The translations under genes were made by a program, and so were the position numbers. From the NCBI GenBank assembly GCA_038227875.1, contig JBBRPR010000002.1, positions 64,001 through 128,000 on the forward strand: a DNA stretch of 64,000 nt. Reading direction: 5' to 3'. The notes below the pieces were generated by a model. The model was not told where the DNA came from, searched no databases, and saw nothing but the letters and a program-made list of their open reading frames with translations. Each line of letters starts with the position of its first letter. Position 1 is the first letter of the stretch. The stretch comes from Planctomycetota bacterium. Its GTDB lineage: Bacteria > Planctomycetota > SZUA-567 > H5-PLA8. Shown here piece by piece: positions 40,132 through 49,095 of the stretch.

Positions 40132-40983
40132 GTGGGATCATTGAAGCTGGGCGTGGCATTGTGGTCGCTGGGCAATCCGGGGACGTTTCCGGAATGGGAG
40201 AAGCTGCTGGATGCGGCAGCATCGACGGGCGTGAAAGCCGTACAGCCGTGGTCGGTCGATGAGAAGAAATGGAACGTCGTCTGCGCGCTGGATCCCGATC
40301 GCTGCGCGACGCCGCGGCAGCGCACGGAAGTGCGCAAAGCCTGCGAAAAACGCGGACTGGCCATCAGTGCCTTCTGCGCGCAGCTTGCCGGCCCCCACGA
40401 ACTCGGCGGCTTCGGCGACAGCGATGCGGAATTGGGATTCCGCGTGGAGAAGACAATCAAGGCGTTGCGCATGGCCGCGGAAATCGGCTCGCCCATCGTC
40501 ACCACGCACATCGGACCGATTCCGGAAAGCAGCGAGGATCCGGTCTATGGCCGCTTCGTGAAGTCGATCGCGACGGTGATGAAGGACGCCGAACGTTCCG
40601 GCGGCATCTTCGCGCTGGAAACCGGCCAGGAATCCGCGCAGTGCCTCAAGCGTTTCATCGAAGACGTCGGCAGCAAGAATCTGAAAGTGAACTACGACCC
40701 CGCCAACATGCTCGGCAAGGGAGTCGTGGAAGGCGTGGAGATTCTCGCGCCGTACATCGTCCACACGCACGCGAAGGACAAGCACCCGAAGACCGGCAAG
40801 CCCACCGTCGGCCAGGGCGACGTGCCGTGGACAGAGTACCTCGCCGCGCTGAAGAAAATCGGCTACGACGGCTGGTACGCGATCGAAGACGAAAGCGGTG
40901 GCCACGGTCTGGAACACAAGACCGGCGAGTACAGCGTGCTCGAATCGGTGACGATCGGCCGGAAGTTCCTGGAGCAGTTCTAA
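40132..40983 (+). CDS. Sugar phosphate isomerase/epimerase (xylose-isomerase-like TIM barrel)
   Basis: ALETGQE, NYDPAN, HTHAKD, GQGDVPW and IEDE motifs; GGAGG SD. Confidence 0.9.
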   Translation: MGSLKLGVALWSLGNPGTFPEWEKLLDAAASTGVKAVQPWSVDEKKWNVVCALDPDRCATPRQRTEVRKACEKRGLAISAFCAQLAGPHELGGFGDSDAELGFRVEKTIKALRMAAEIGSPIVTTHIGPIPESSEDPVYGRFVKSIATVMKDAERSGGIFALETGQESAQCLKRFIEDVGSKNLKVNYDPANMLGKGVVEGVEILAPYIVHTHAKDKHPKTGKPTVGQGDVPWTEYLAALKKIGYDGWYAIEDESGGHGLEHKTGEYSVLESVTIGRKFLEQF

Positions 40984-40988
40984 CTGCA

Positions 40989-41164
40989 CGAACGGATGGG
41001 ATCGGGGATCGGGCATCGGGCATCGGTCGTCTGGTAAATCAAACGGACAGATGTCGCACCATCCGTAAGGCAGATCCTCGAACTGAAAAGACAACGCACG
41101 CTTTCGTTCGTGCGTTTACTCACTGACCGATGCCAGATGCCCGATCCCCGCTCCCATCCGTTCG
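40989..41164. repeat. Palindromic heptamer element, copy 3
   Basis: CGAACGGATGGGATCGGGGATCGGGCATCGGGCATCGGTCG ... TGACCGATGCCAGATGCCCGATCCCCGCTCCCATCCGTTCG. Confidence 0.9.
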
Positions 41165-41169
41165 CTCGT

Positions 41170-42738
41170 CTACGGATTCGGTGCTGTCGCAGGCGGTGCA
41201 GCCGCATCCCCGGGCAGCTTCCGCTTGAGGAACTCCGGGAGCACCGGGACGTCGGGGACTTTGCCGGTTTTCGCGGCGCCTTCGATCACGGCGGCAGCGC
41301 GGCGGGCGCTCCACGTGTCCAGCATCGTCAGCCGGCAGCCGCGCACGAAATCGCCGGGAGGTACGGCGGTCTCGTCGCCAGCCAGCGCTTTGGCATCGGT
41401 GCAGATCTTGTCGATGCGCTTGACCAGCTCCTCTTCCGATGCTCCGGCTTTCAACGCGGTGCGAAGGTCGAGCACGCAGGGAATCACTTCCGACGCGCCG
41501 GTGTCGGCGGTCATGAGCTGAATGTGGTTCTTGTCGATGTAGATGCTGTGCGACGCGCTGATCTTGCCGAGTTCGCAGAGCTTCGCGACGTAATCGAAGC
41601 CCGTCGCGTCCTTGGCCGACCACGCTTCGTCGAGCGTGCCGCCGCCGACTTCTTCCGCACTGATTTCAAAGCCCGTGAGATTGGCGAGGTCCTCGGAGGC
41701 CTGGCGGATGGTCTCCTTCTTATCCAGGCTGAAGCGCAGCGGCTGATTCATCTTCGTGAAGTAGTCCTGTACCAGCGGCTGGAAATGGACTGACTGCGAG
41801 CCGGGGGTGCCCAACGCCGCCAGCAGCGGTTCGATTTGCGTGAAAATTTCGCGGTCGGCGACGAGGTCGAACTTTCCCGGCGCGGTCACGGTCACCTTGG
41901 TTGGCTCCTGAGTGCCAGTATCGTGGAGCGTCCATTTGGTGATCGTTTGCGTGAACTGCGTGGTCTGTTCGGCCGTCCACGGTTCACCGCCCGGGGGGAC
42001 CGGGAGCGTAAACGACTTTCCGCGCAGGCGCAGGCGCGCGCCGTGTTCCTTGGTGGTGATAACCACGACGCGGCCTCGGACGATGTATTCGCAGTCCAGC
42101 AGCCGGACCATCCATTGCAGCGCCAGCGACGATTTCATGGCCGAGACGCGCAAGTTGATGTTCGGTGGATTCGAGGCCGTCACGGCCGGGTCGACGAAAA
42201 AGACCGCGTTCGTCTGCTGCTTGAATAATTCGAGCGCCGCGTCCAGTGGGACGTCGGCGAAGTCGAAGCTGATGACCGGCTGCAGGCGCGGTTCGACGCT
42301 GGGATCCGGGGGCAGGTACTGCAGCGGCGCGTCGGCAAGGACCTGGTCGAAATTCTTCGTGGCCTCTTCCAGCGAGCGGTTGTCTTCGATGCGCTGAATA
42401 TAGAGCTCGACGCGTTTGAGTCCCGCAATCAGCTCCGGACTTTCGTGGGCCCCCGGCCGCGCTTTGATCCGCTTTTCGAGCAGAGGGCGGATGCGTTCGC
42501 CCAAGGCGGAGAGTTTCACGGTTGCGGCCTGGCGGACGTCGAAGCTGTCATCATCGAGCTGCGTGAAGAGCGCCTCAGCGCCGCGGATTTCCTCGGGACT
42601 CAGCGGCGCAGTGGACGGTAATTGGACCGGCGGCGGGGATTCCGAGACATCGAGCGCGGTCGCGCTTTGCGCGCCGGTCCAGACGGCAAGGACGATCAGC
42701 GCATAGCGGACGATCAATGTTCTCTTGCCTTCACCCAT
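41170..42738 (-). CDS. Secreted protein with HEAT-like segment and STN-like domains; paralog of the upstream anti-sigma ectodomain
   Basis: Signal peptide; QLDDDSFDVRQAAT..L; ISFDFADVPLDAAL...INLRV....LALQWM. Confidence 0.7.
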   Translation of the reverse strand: MGEGKRTLIVRYALIVLAVWTGAQSATALDVSESPPPVQLPSTAPLSPEEIRGAEALFTQLDDDSFDVRQAATVKLSALGERIRPLLEKRIKARPGAHESPELIAGLKRVELYIQRIEDNRSLEEATKNFDQVLADAPLQYLPPDPSVEPRLQPVISFDFADVPLDAALELFKQQTNAVFFVDPAVTASNPPNINLRVSAMKSSLALQWMVRLLDCEYIVRGRVVVITTKEHGARLRLRGKSFTLPVPPGGEPWTAEQTTQFTQTITKWTLHDTGTQEPTKVTVTAPGKFDLVADREIFTQIEPLLAALGTPGSQSVHFQPLVQDYFTKMNQPLRFSLDKKETIRQASEDLANLTGFEISAEEVGGGTLDEAWSAKDATGFDYVAKLCELGKISASHSIYIDKNHIQLMTADTGASEVIPCVLDLRTALKAGASEEELVKRIDKICTDAKALAGDETAVPPGDFVRGCRLTMLDTWSARRAAAVIEGAAKTGKVPDVPVLPEFLKRKLPGDAAAPPATAPNP

Positions 42739-42817
42739 ACGCGACGCGAGCCCCGGTCCCCATACTTAAAGGGGTAACCGAGGCATCGCGCATTTTTACT
42801 CAAATAGCAAGGGGAAT

Positions 42818-44656
42818 CTAAAATTCATCCTTCTTTTTCGGCTCCTGAACCGGCGTAGTCGGGACGCATTTAAAATTCGGATCACCATGCTTCCATAACG
42901 GTTGATTGCAAATCTTGCAGAAAAGCGTCTTTTTCAGCGTCTTGAAGAACCACGGGGCTGGCGGCGCTTTGGGAATCTTCCCGGTCTTCGCGGCCTCTTC
43001 CAGAACGGTATTGATGCGCTGGGCCGTCCATAGGTCGACGTTCCCACAATAGAATGAGCGGATGACGTGTCCCGTCGGCAACCCTTCTGCATTGGCGTCG
43101 TCGACGATGCCTTTCAACGCGGGCTCCAGTTTTGTAAGGTCGACACCAGCTTTCAACGCGGGGCGCAAATCGAACACGCAGAGCGTGGCGATTGGATTCT
43201 TCGGAGCCGCCATCAGGAACAGGGCATCGTTCCGGCAGGTAATCGTCACGCCGGCGATTTGGCAAATCTGGACCAGCGCGTCGCTCAAAGGAGCCTCTTT
43301 CACGCGCAGTGTGAGCAGGGCCTTATTTTTAACCGCGGCAGTCAATGGCGGGTCCATGATGATGTTCACTTTGGTCAACGAATTGAAGAAGTTGATCGCG
43401 TCTTCCAGCGTGGTCTCCTCGAAGTCAAACGTGACTTTCCGAGCGAGTTTGCGCTCAGCCTCGACCATCCACGCAGGCGGACCGGCAGGGGGCACTCCAT
43501 TCAATTCCAGAGCTTTGATCAGACTGTTGAAGCTGGCCTGATCGGGATCGGATGCAAGGACATTGACCTCGCCGGGTACGATCACAGAGATAAGACCAGC
43601 CGGCATCAGCTCGCAAACCTCCAGTGTTTCCTTGGCGCTCCAGGGCCCTTCGCCTTTGACTACCGGCAAGCGGTACGATTGGGGCCGTGACAGCAGGCGT
43701 GTGGCCCGCTCCGGCGTCGTCAAGATGATGACGCTGCCACGCTTCACACTGTTGAGGCCGCTGAGCTGTGCAATCCAGTCCAGAGCCAGATCGAAATTCA
43801 TGTCCGTGACGCGAAGACTGATCTTTTCATTCTTTTTTGCGGCAGCCAGAGCCGGGTCTATGGCCGTGTATATTCCCGTGATCTGGCGGGTGAACTGCAT
43901 TGCCTCTTCCATGTTGGTATCGACGAAATCAAACGTGACCTTACGCTGCAGTCTTTCGGCCAGTTTTTTGTCTGGCGCCAGGTACAAGGACTTGTCCTTT
44001 GGCGCCTTGTCGATCAGTTCTGAGAGCTGCTTGACTTCGTTCTCGTCCCGCCGTTTCAACGTTTCGAGCATTTCGTTGATGCGGGCCATCTCGTTCTTCT
44101 TGCCTTCCGCGCGGCTGAGACGGATCAGTTCCTCTTCCAGCGCGCCCTTGGCTGTCAGACCGCCGGCACTCAGCTTGACCAGCGCGATATTCCGTTCGCT
44201 GGGGTTGCCGGCTTCGATGCCGTACATCAGCGTATGCAATTCCGCCGTGGTCAGCTCCGCGGGTTCGACCTCGAGTTGAGGTCGTGGCTGAGGAAGATCC
44301 GGAAGTGGCGCTTCGTCGCCATGCGTCTCCCTTTTGTCATTCGGAATCGCCACCGTATCCTGATTCGTCGTGTCCAGTTTTTGGGGTGGCGTGACCGGCG
44401 CAACGCCGCGGGTCAGCTTCATCAAGGCGAAGAGCCCGATGATCAGCGCCAGCATCACCGCCGCGGCTAGAATGTGCCGCCGCCAGCCGGTCTCCGGACG
44501 CGCGATTTTTCCAGCCCGCGGTGCGCCGGTATTCAAACGTACTGCCAGTCCGTCCATGGTTCGCTCCTCGGAAGCCCGCGGGACTGCCAATTCCTGCCGC
44601 AGCAGTGCCTCGAGCTTCGGGTCAACATCTGGTTCTGTGTGGTCGTCGCCGTCCAT
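42818..44656 (-). CDS. Putative anti-sigma factor: short cytoplasmic N-terminus, one TM helix, two STN-like domains
   Basis: TAATG overlap with the ECF sigma stop; DPKLEALLR; TM ILAAAVMLALIIGLFAL; RKVTFDFVDT and RKVTFDFEET repeats. Confidence 0.75.
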   Translation of the reverse strand: MDGDDHTEPDVDPKLEALLRQELAVPRASEERTMDGLAVRLNTGAPRAGKIARPETGWRRHILAAAVMLALIIGLFALMKLTRGVAPVTPPQKLDTTNQDTVAIPNDKRETHGDEAPLPDLPQPRPQLEVEPAELTTAELHTLMYGIEAGNPSERNIALVKLSAGGLTAKGALEEELIRLSRAEGKKNEMARINEMLETLKRRDENEVKQLSELIDKAPKDKSLYLAPDKKLAERLQRKVTFDFVDTNMEEAMQFTRQITGIYTAIDPALAAAKKNEKISLRVTDMNFDLALDWIAQLSGLNSVKRGSVIILTTPERATRLLSRPQSYRLPVVKGEGPWSAKETLEVCELMPAGLISVIVPGEVNVLASDPDQASFNSLIKALELNGVPPAGPPAWMVEAERKLARKVTFDFEETTLEDAINFFNSLTKVNIIMDPPLTAAVKNKALLTLRVKEAPLSDALVQICQIAGVTITCRNDALFLMAAPKNPIATLCVFDLRPALKAGVDLTKLEPALKGIVDDANAEGLPTGHVIRSFYCGNVDLWTAQRINTVLEEAAKTGKIPKAPPAPWFFKTLKKTLFCKICNQPLWKHGDPNFKCVPTTPVQEPKKKDEF

Positions 44657-45204
44657 TACAGGTACCTCCGCAATTTCGCCTGCAACAGGGGCATCGCGCG
44701 CGACAATCGCGCGCGGACCGTGCCATGGGGAATCTTCAAGCGCGCCGCGATCTCCGCGGCATTCAGTCCTTCCAGATAGCGCAGCGTTACGACCAGCCGG
44801 TAGGACTCTTCGAGTTCCGCGACCGCTTCGCGCACTGCTGCACCGCGTTCGCTGCGAGTCGAGTCCACTTCCGGCGCGGCCGCGTCCGTCGCATTCAGTG
44901 TCTGTTGCGGCGGGACTTCGCGCTGCGAACTGCGCGCCTTGTTCAACGCGATGCGGTAAAGCCACGCCGGAAAGCGCGCCGGATCGTCCAACTGCGGCAG
45001 CGCTTTAAACGCGCTCAGGAACGTCTCCTGCGCCAGATCTTCCGCCTCATGTTCGTTGTGGAGACGCTGGCGCAGCAGCCCGAGCACCATTTTCACGTGG
45101 CGCCGCGCGAGGATTTCAAACGACGCCGCATCTCCCCGCCGCGCACGGTTGACCAGCGCGGCATCGCTCTGCTCCGTCGATTCCAAGTCCGGGCCGGAAC
45201 TCAT
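44656..45204 (-). CDS. ECF RNA polymerase sigma factor
   Basis: SDAALVNRARRGD..SF; AEDLAQETFL; FPAWLYRIALN; EIAARLKIPHGTVRARLSRA. Confidence 0.93.
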   Translation of the reverse strand: MSSGPDLESTEQSDAALVNRARRGDAASFEILARRHVKMVLGLLRQRLHNEHEAEDLAQETFLSAFKALPQLDDPARFPAWLYRIALNKARSSQREVPPQQTLNATDAAAPEVDSTRSERGAAVREAVAELEESYRLVVTLRYLEGLNAAEIAARLKIPHGTVRARLSRAMPLLQAKLRRYL

Positions 45205-45406
45205 CCGCGCCACTATATCCACAGCCAACTGGTTCTTCCCCCGATTCCTGGCAGCCCGTTGAAAGACGCAATGCCGTAGCATTTCTCCGTAAAACGCCGA
45301 GCAGTAACGGCGTTTTGCGGCGTCGGACAAGGGTTTAGCAATGGGCTGCCCCCGGGCATTTTCACTCTACTGAGCGTGTGAGGGAGTCGAGTGTTGCGAC
45401 TAAAAC

Positions 45407-45606
45407 GATGAATTATGATTGATGAGTTATGAATTTTGGTGCCATCGATGCGCGCACGCTTGAGCGAAGCGAAAGCGTGAGCTCATCCGTTTGCCCAAGT
45501 AGATGATGAGATCGTTGGTTTTTGGTGGTCGCAAATTTGCGACCACGGTTTTGCGCACATTGTAAGAATGAAATGCGATGCCGTTCATTCGACATTCGAC
45601 ATTCGC
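45407..45606. repeat. Composite intergenic repeat region: (T/G)ATGA(A/T/G)T heptamers, a 22-bp perfect palindrome and CATTCGA heptamers
   Basis: GATGAATTATGATTGATGAGTTATGAATT; GTGGTCGCAAATTTGCGACCAC at 45525-45546; CATTCGACATTCGACATTCG. Confidence 0.75.
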
Positions 45607-46967
45607 TACAACTGCCGCGCGAGCAATTCCATCGGGTGCAGCACTTCGCACGACAGGCCGGCGGCTTTGCAGCCGTTGCGGATTTGCATCAGGCAGCCGG
45701 GATTGCCGGTCGCGACCAGTTCGGCCTTGGTGCCGGCGATCGCTTCGATCTTGCGCTGCAGAATCTTGGCGGCCATCTCCGGTTGTGTGAGATTGTAGAT
45801 GCCGGCCGCGCCGCAGCAGAATTCGGCGTCGGGGAGGGGGATCCACTTCAGGCCGGGAATGCTCTGGATCAGCGCCTTGGGCTGCGCGCTGATTTTCTGC
45901 GCGTGGAGCAAGTGGCAGGGCTCGTCGTAGCAGAGCGTCTTTTCGAGCGGCTTGATCGGGCGCACGGGCGTGAGGCCAGCCAGGACTTCCGAGACGTCCT
46001 TGACCAGCGCGCTGAATTCGTCTGCATGGTGTTCGCCGTGGAGCAGGTGCTTGTACTCCTTCAGCTGCGCGCCGCAACCGGCGGAGTTGTTGACGATCGC
46101 GTCGATTTTCAGGCCGTGGAAAATCTCGAGGTTCTTGCGCGCCAGTTTTCGCGCGTCGTCGGCCGCGCCGGAGTGGACCATCAGCGCGCCGCAGCACTGC
46201 TGGCCTTTGACGGTCAGCACTTCGACGCCGTGCGCCTGCAGCACCTTGATTGTGGCGCGGTGAATGTCGCCCATGAAACGGTCCATCACGCAGCCGGCGA
46301 AGAACGCGACGCGTTTTTTCGTCACGGGACCGTCGGCTGGAAAAATGTCGGGCGCGTTTTCGAGAAACGCGGGCTCTTTGAGTTCCGGCTGAAGAGCTTC
46401 GAGTTCGCGCAGGCGTTTGGGTAGCAGTTTCATTAGTCCCAGCGACTGCGCGAACTTGCGCAGGCCGCTGGTCTGCTGGAAACGGAGCGCGGAACAGATC
46501 AGGCTCAAAATTTCCGGGCGGGGCAGGATCTGTTTGAAGAAGACGGCGCGCAAGGCTCGTTCAACTACGCTCTGCGGCATCACCGGCTGCAGCGCTTCGC
46601 GCGCGTTTTCGAGAATCTGGCCATACTGCACGCCGGAGGGGCAGGCCGTCTCGCAGGCGCGGCAGTCGAGGCAGAGATCGAGATGGCCGACGACATCCGG
46701 CGTCGGCTGGAGCGTGCCGGAGGCCAGCGACTTCATGATGTACAGGCGGCCGCGCGGCGAATCGTTCTCGTTGCCTTCTTCGCGGTAAGTCGGGCAGGCG
46801 CCGAGGCACAGCCCGCAGTGGACGCACGACCGCAGCAGCGTGCTGGCGTGGTCGGGAAAATCGAAGAGCGGTCCGGGCGAGGCCGGTACAGCCGGCGCGG
46901 TGGCGGCTTTGAGTTCAGACGTGGCGGTGTCTTCAACAGTCAACGCGGGCGGGTGGCTGGTACTCAT
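45606..46967 (-). CDS. glcF: Glycolate oxidase iron-sulfur subunit-like protein
   Basis: CVHCGLCLGACPTY...SPRGR; CLDCRACETACPSGV; two CCG domains. Confidence 0.88.
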   Translation of the reverse strand: MSTSHPPALTVEDTATSELKAATAPAVPASPGPLFDFPDHASTLLRSCVHCGLCLGACPTYREEGNENDSPRGRLYIMKSLASGTLQPTPDVVGHLDLCLDCRACETACPSGVQYGQILENAREALQPVMPQSVVERALRAVFFKQILPRPEILSLICSALRFQQTSGLRKFAQSLGLMKLLPKRLRELEALQPELKEPAFLENAPDIFPADGPVTKKRVAFFAGCVMDRFMGDIHRATIKVLQAHGVEVLTVKGQQCCGALMVHSGAADDARKLARKNLEIFHGLKIDAIVNNSAGCGAQLKEYKHLLHGEHHADEFSALVKDVSEVLAGLTPVRPIKPLEKTLCYDEPCHLLHAQKISAQPKALIQSIPGLKWIPLPDAEFCCGAAGIYNLTQPEMAAKILQRKIEAIAGTKAELVATGNPGCLMQIRNGCKAAGLSCEVLHPMELLARQL

Positions 46968-47069
46968 GAAAGGCGAATGACTCCCGAAACACCTGTGGTC
47001 CTGACACGAACAATGATCGTATGCCGGGCCGTTTTGTAAATTGGAGAACGCGGCGATGTCAGGGCTGCG

Positions 47070-48266
47070 CTACACAACAAAGCGCCCCGAGTTGAACAGA
47101 CTATGCGGATCGAGCGACGCGCGAATGCGCTTCATCAATTCCCAATCGCCGCGCGGCGCGCCAAACGGTTCGGCGATGTTTACGCCTTGCATGTTTTCGA
47201 AGCGGAAGTTCGCGCCGAGCTTGGTCAGGGCGTCGCCGATTTTCGCGGCAGCATCGGCGGTCAATTTGGGAAGCTCGATCCGTCCGCCACCGGGATTGAC
47301 GCTGTAGGTCGTATTCGGCTGAATTTGCGCGACCGCGGCGACGCACTTTTCGAGCGCCGACGTCAGCGACCAGAATCGCACAGTGGCGCCTTGCGCATGA
47401 ACGGAGTTCGAAAGTCCGGCATTTGCTGAGGTCCATGTCGGGGATAGATCAGACCGCGTGAACGCCGCGCTGCAGGCTTTCAATTCGCTGTCGATGCGTT
47501 CGAGCTCTTTGGCCGTGCCCGATGCCAGTACCTGAACCGTCAGTCCATTGAGTTGCAATACTTCCAGCGGCAGATTGAGCGCGTCGATTTTCTGGAGCAA
47601 TTCAAAGCCGGTCGTCGCGCCGCCGTTCAGTGCGACGTTCCATTCCTGTCGCGCCACGGGGAACGGCCGCAGCTTGAACGTTACTTCCGTGATCAACCCC
47701 AGTGTACCGAACGAACCGATGTACAGTTTCTCGAGCGGAAATCCGGTCACGTTCTTCACGACTTTTCCGCCGCACTTTCGCGCCACGCCATCGCCGTTGA
47801 CGGTGCGGAGCCCCAGCACCTGATCGCGCAGCGTGCCGTAGCCATAGGACAACGGGCCGCTGAAATCCGTGGCGAGCAGACCGCCGAGCGTCGATTTCGG
47901 GTTGCCGCTGATCGGCAGCCACTGTCCGCGTTCGCCGAGTTTCTCCTGGAACGCGCCGAGCTCCATGCCGGCCTGCGCAGTCGCGACCATGTCGCCGGGT
48001 TCGTGTTCGACGAGCTGGTTCATGCGGCGCGTCGAGAGCGCAACGAATTTCTCGCGCGGCGCGCCGCTGCTGCCCTGCTGCGTGCCGCTGCCATACGGGA
48101 CGAGCTGGATCTTCTGTGCGATGGCATGGCGGATCAATTCGCAGGCCTGCGCTTCGTCGGCCGGTGCGCAAATGGCGCTGGGCGTTACGGCGTGAATCGC
48201 GCAGGCTTGCAAACTCGCCGCGTCGTCACAGAATCCGTCGCCGCAAATCGTTTTGAGTGTGCTCAC
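47070..48266 (-). CDS. glcE: FAD-binding oxidoreductase, GlcE-like
   Basis: EHEPGDMV, TLGGLLA, GTLRDQVLG, GGKVVKNVTG and GSFGTLGLI motifs; C-terminal LDP..LFN.GR. Confidence 0.82.
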   Translation of the reverse strand: MSTLKTICGDGFCDDAASLQACAIHAVTPSAICAPADEAQACELIRHAIAQKIQLVPYGSGTQQGSSGAPREKFVALSTRRMNQLVEHEPGDMVATAQAGMELGAFQEKLGERGQWLPISGNPKSTLGGLLATDFSGPLSYGYGTLRDQVLGLRTVNGDGVARKCGGKVVKNVTGFPLEKLYIGSFGTLGLITEVTFKLRPFPVARQEWNVALNGGATTGFELLQKIDALNLPLEVLQLNGLTVQVLASGTAKELERIDSELKACSAAFTRSDLSPTWTSANAGLSNSVHAQGATVRFWSLTSALEKCVAAVAQIQPNTTYSVNPGGGRIELPKLTADAAAKIGDALTKLGANFRFENMQGVNIAEPFGAPRGDWELMKRIRASLDPHSLFNSGRFVV

Positions 48267-48868
48267 AATCGCCTCTTCAGTGCCGCCAGCACGTACTTGC
48301 CCAGAATGTCCGTCTCGATATTAGAGCTCGCTGCTTTCTGCTTCGATCCGATGGTTGTGCGCGCGAGTGTTTCGGGAATCAGCGCGATCCAGAACGTGCC
48401 GGCCGCCGCGTTGCAGCCCGCGACGGTCAGACTGATGCCGTCGACGGCTATCGATCCCTTCTCCACAATCTGTTCGGCCAGCGCCATGTCGTCGAGCTGG
48501 TAATGCCATTCCGCCCAGCGTCCGCCAGTCACCGTATTCACAACGGTCGCCGTGCCGTCAACATGCCCCTGCACGAAATGCCCGCCGAGCGGACTGCTCG
48601 GGAGCAGCGACGATTCCAGATTCACGCGCGAGCCGGCCGCGCATTTCCCGAGCGTCGTGCGGCGAAGCGTCTCGGGCACCGCATCGAAGCTCGCGATGGT
48701 TCCGCTCAATTCCACGACCGTCAGGCAACAGCCGTCAACTGCGATCGACGCGCCGAGCTTGCAGCCCTCCGCCAGCGGCCCAATGTCGACGCCAATCCGC
48801 GTACAGTCCCCCGGCGCAGGCGCCAGACGCGTGACGGTGCCGATGTGTTGGATCAGGCCGGTGAACAT
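48263..48868 (-). CDS. ribE: Riboflavin synthase (alpha subunit)
   Basis: N-terminal MFTGLI; GASIAVDGCCLTV; LGGHFVQGHVDG; KGSIAVDGISLTV; NIETD. Confidence 0.95.
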   Translation of the reverse strand: MFTGLIQHIGTVTRLAPAPGDCTRIGVDIGPLAEGCKLGASIAVDGCCLTVVELSGTIASFDAVPETLRRTTLGKCAAGSRVNLESSLLPSSPLGGHFVQGHVDGTATVVNTVTGGRWAEWHYQLDDMALAEQIVEKGSIAVDGISLTVAGCNAAAGTFWIALIPETLARTTIGSKQKAASSNIETDILGKYVLAALKRRL

Positions 48869-48910
48869 GCGGGAAGTATCGCGGATGAAGAGGGGAGTGT
48901 AAAGGTGCGG

Positions 48911-49089
48911 GAACGGATGGGATCGGGGATCGGGCATCGGGCATCGGTCGATGGGTAAATCCATCGAACAACGGATCCCTTGTTGGAAGACTCGAAATTT
49001 TTAATCATTGAAATTAAAGGGATCGCAATCCGGCCGTGCGTGTTCCCAACGACCGATGCCTGATGCCCGATCCCCGATGCCATCCGTTC
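48911..49089. repeat. Palindromic heptamer element, copy 4
   Basis: GAACGGATGGGATCGGGGATCGGGCATCGGGCATCGGTCG ... CGACCGATGCCTGATGCCCGATCCCCGATGCCATCCGTTC. Confidence 0.9.
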
Positions 49090-49095
49090 GGGCTC

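Noticed and set aside
42818..44965. 715-aa version of the anti-sigma ORF
   Set aside because: The extension overlaps the sigma gene. The coupled ATG at 44656 is the better start.
23303..49089. Palindromic repeats as a CRISPR array
   Set aside because: Copies are dispersed and internally inverted, there is no repeat-spacer periodicity, and no cas genes are present.
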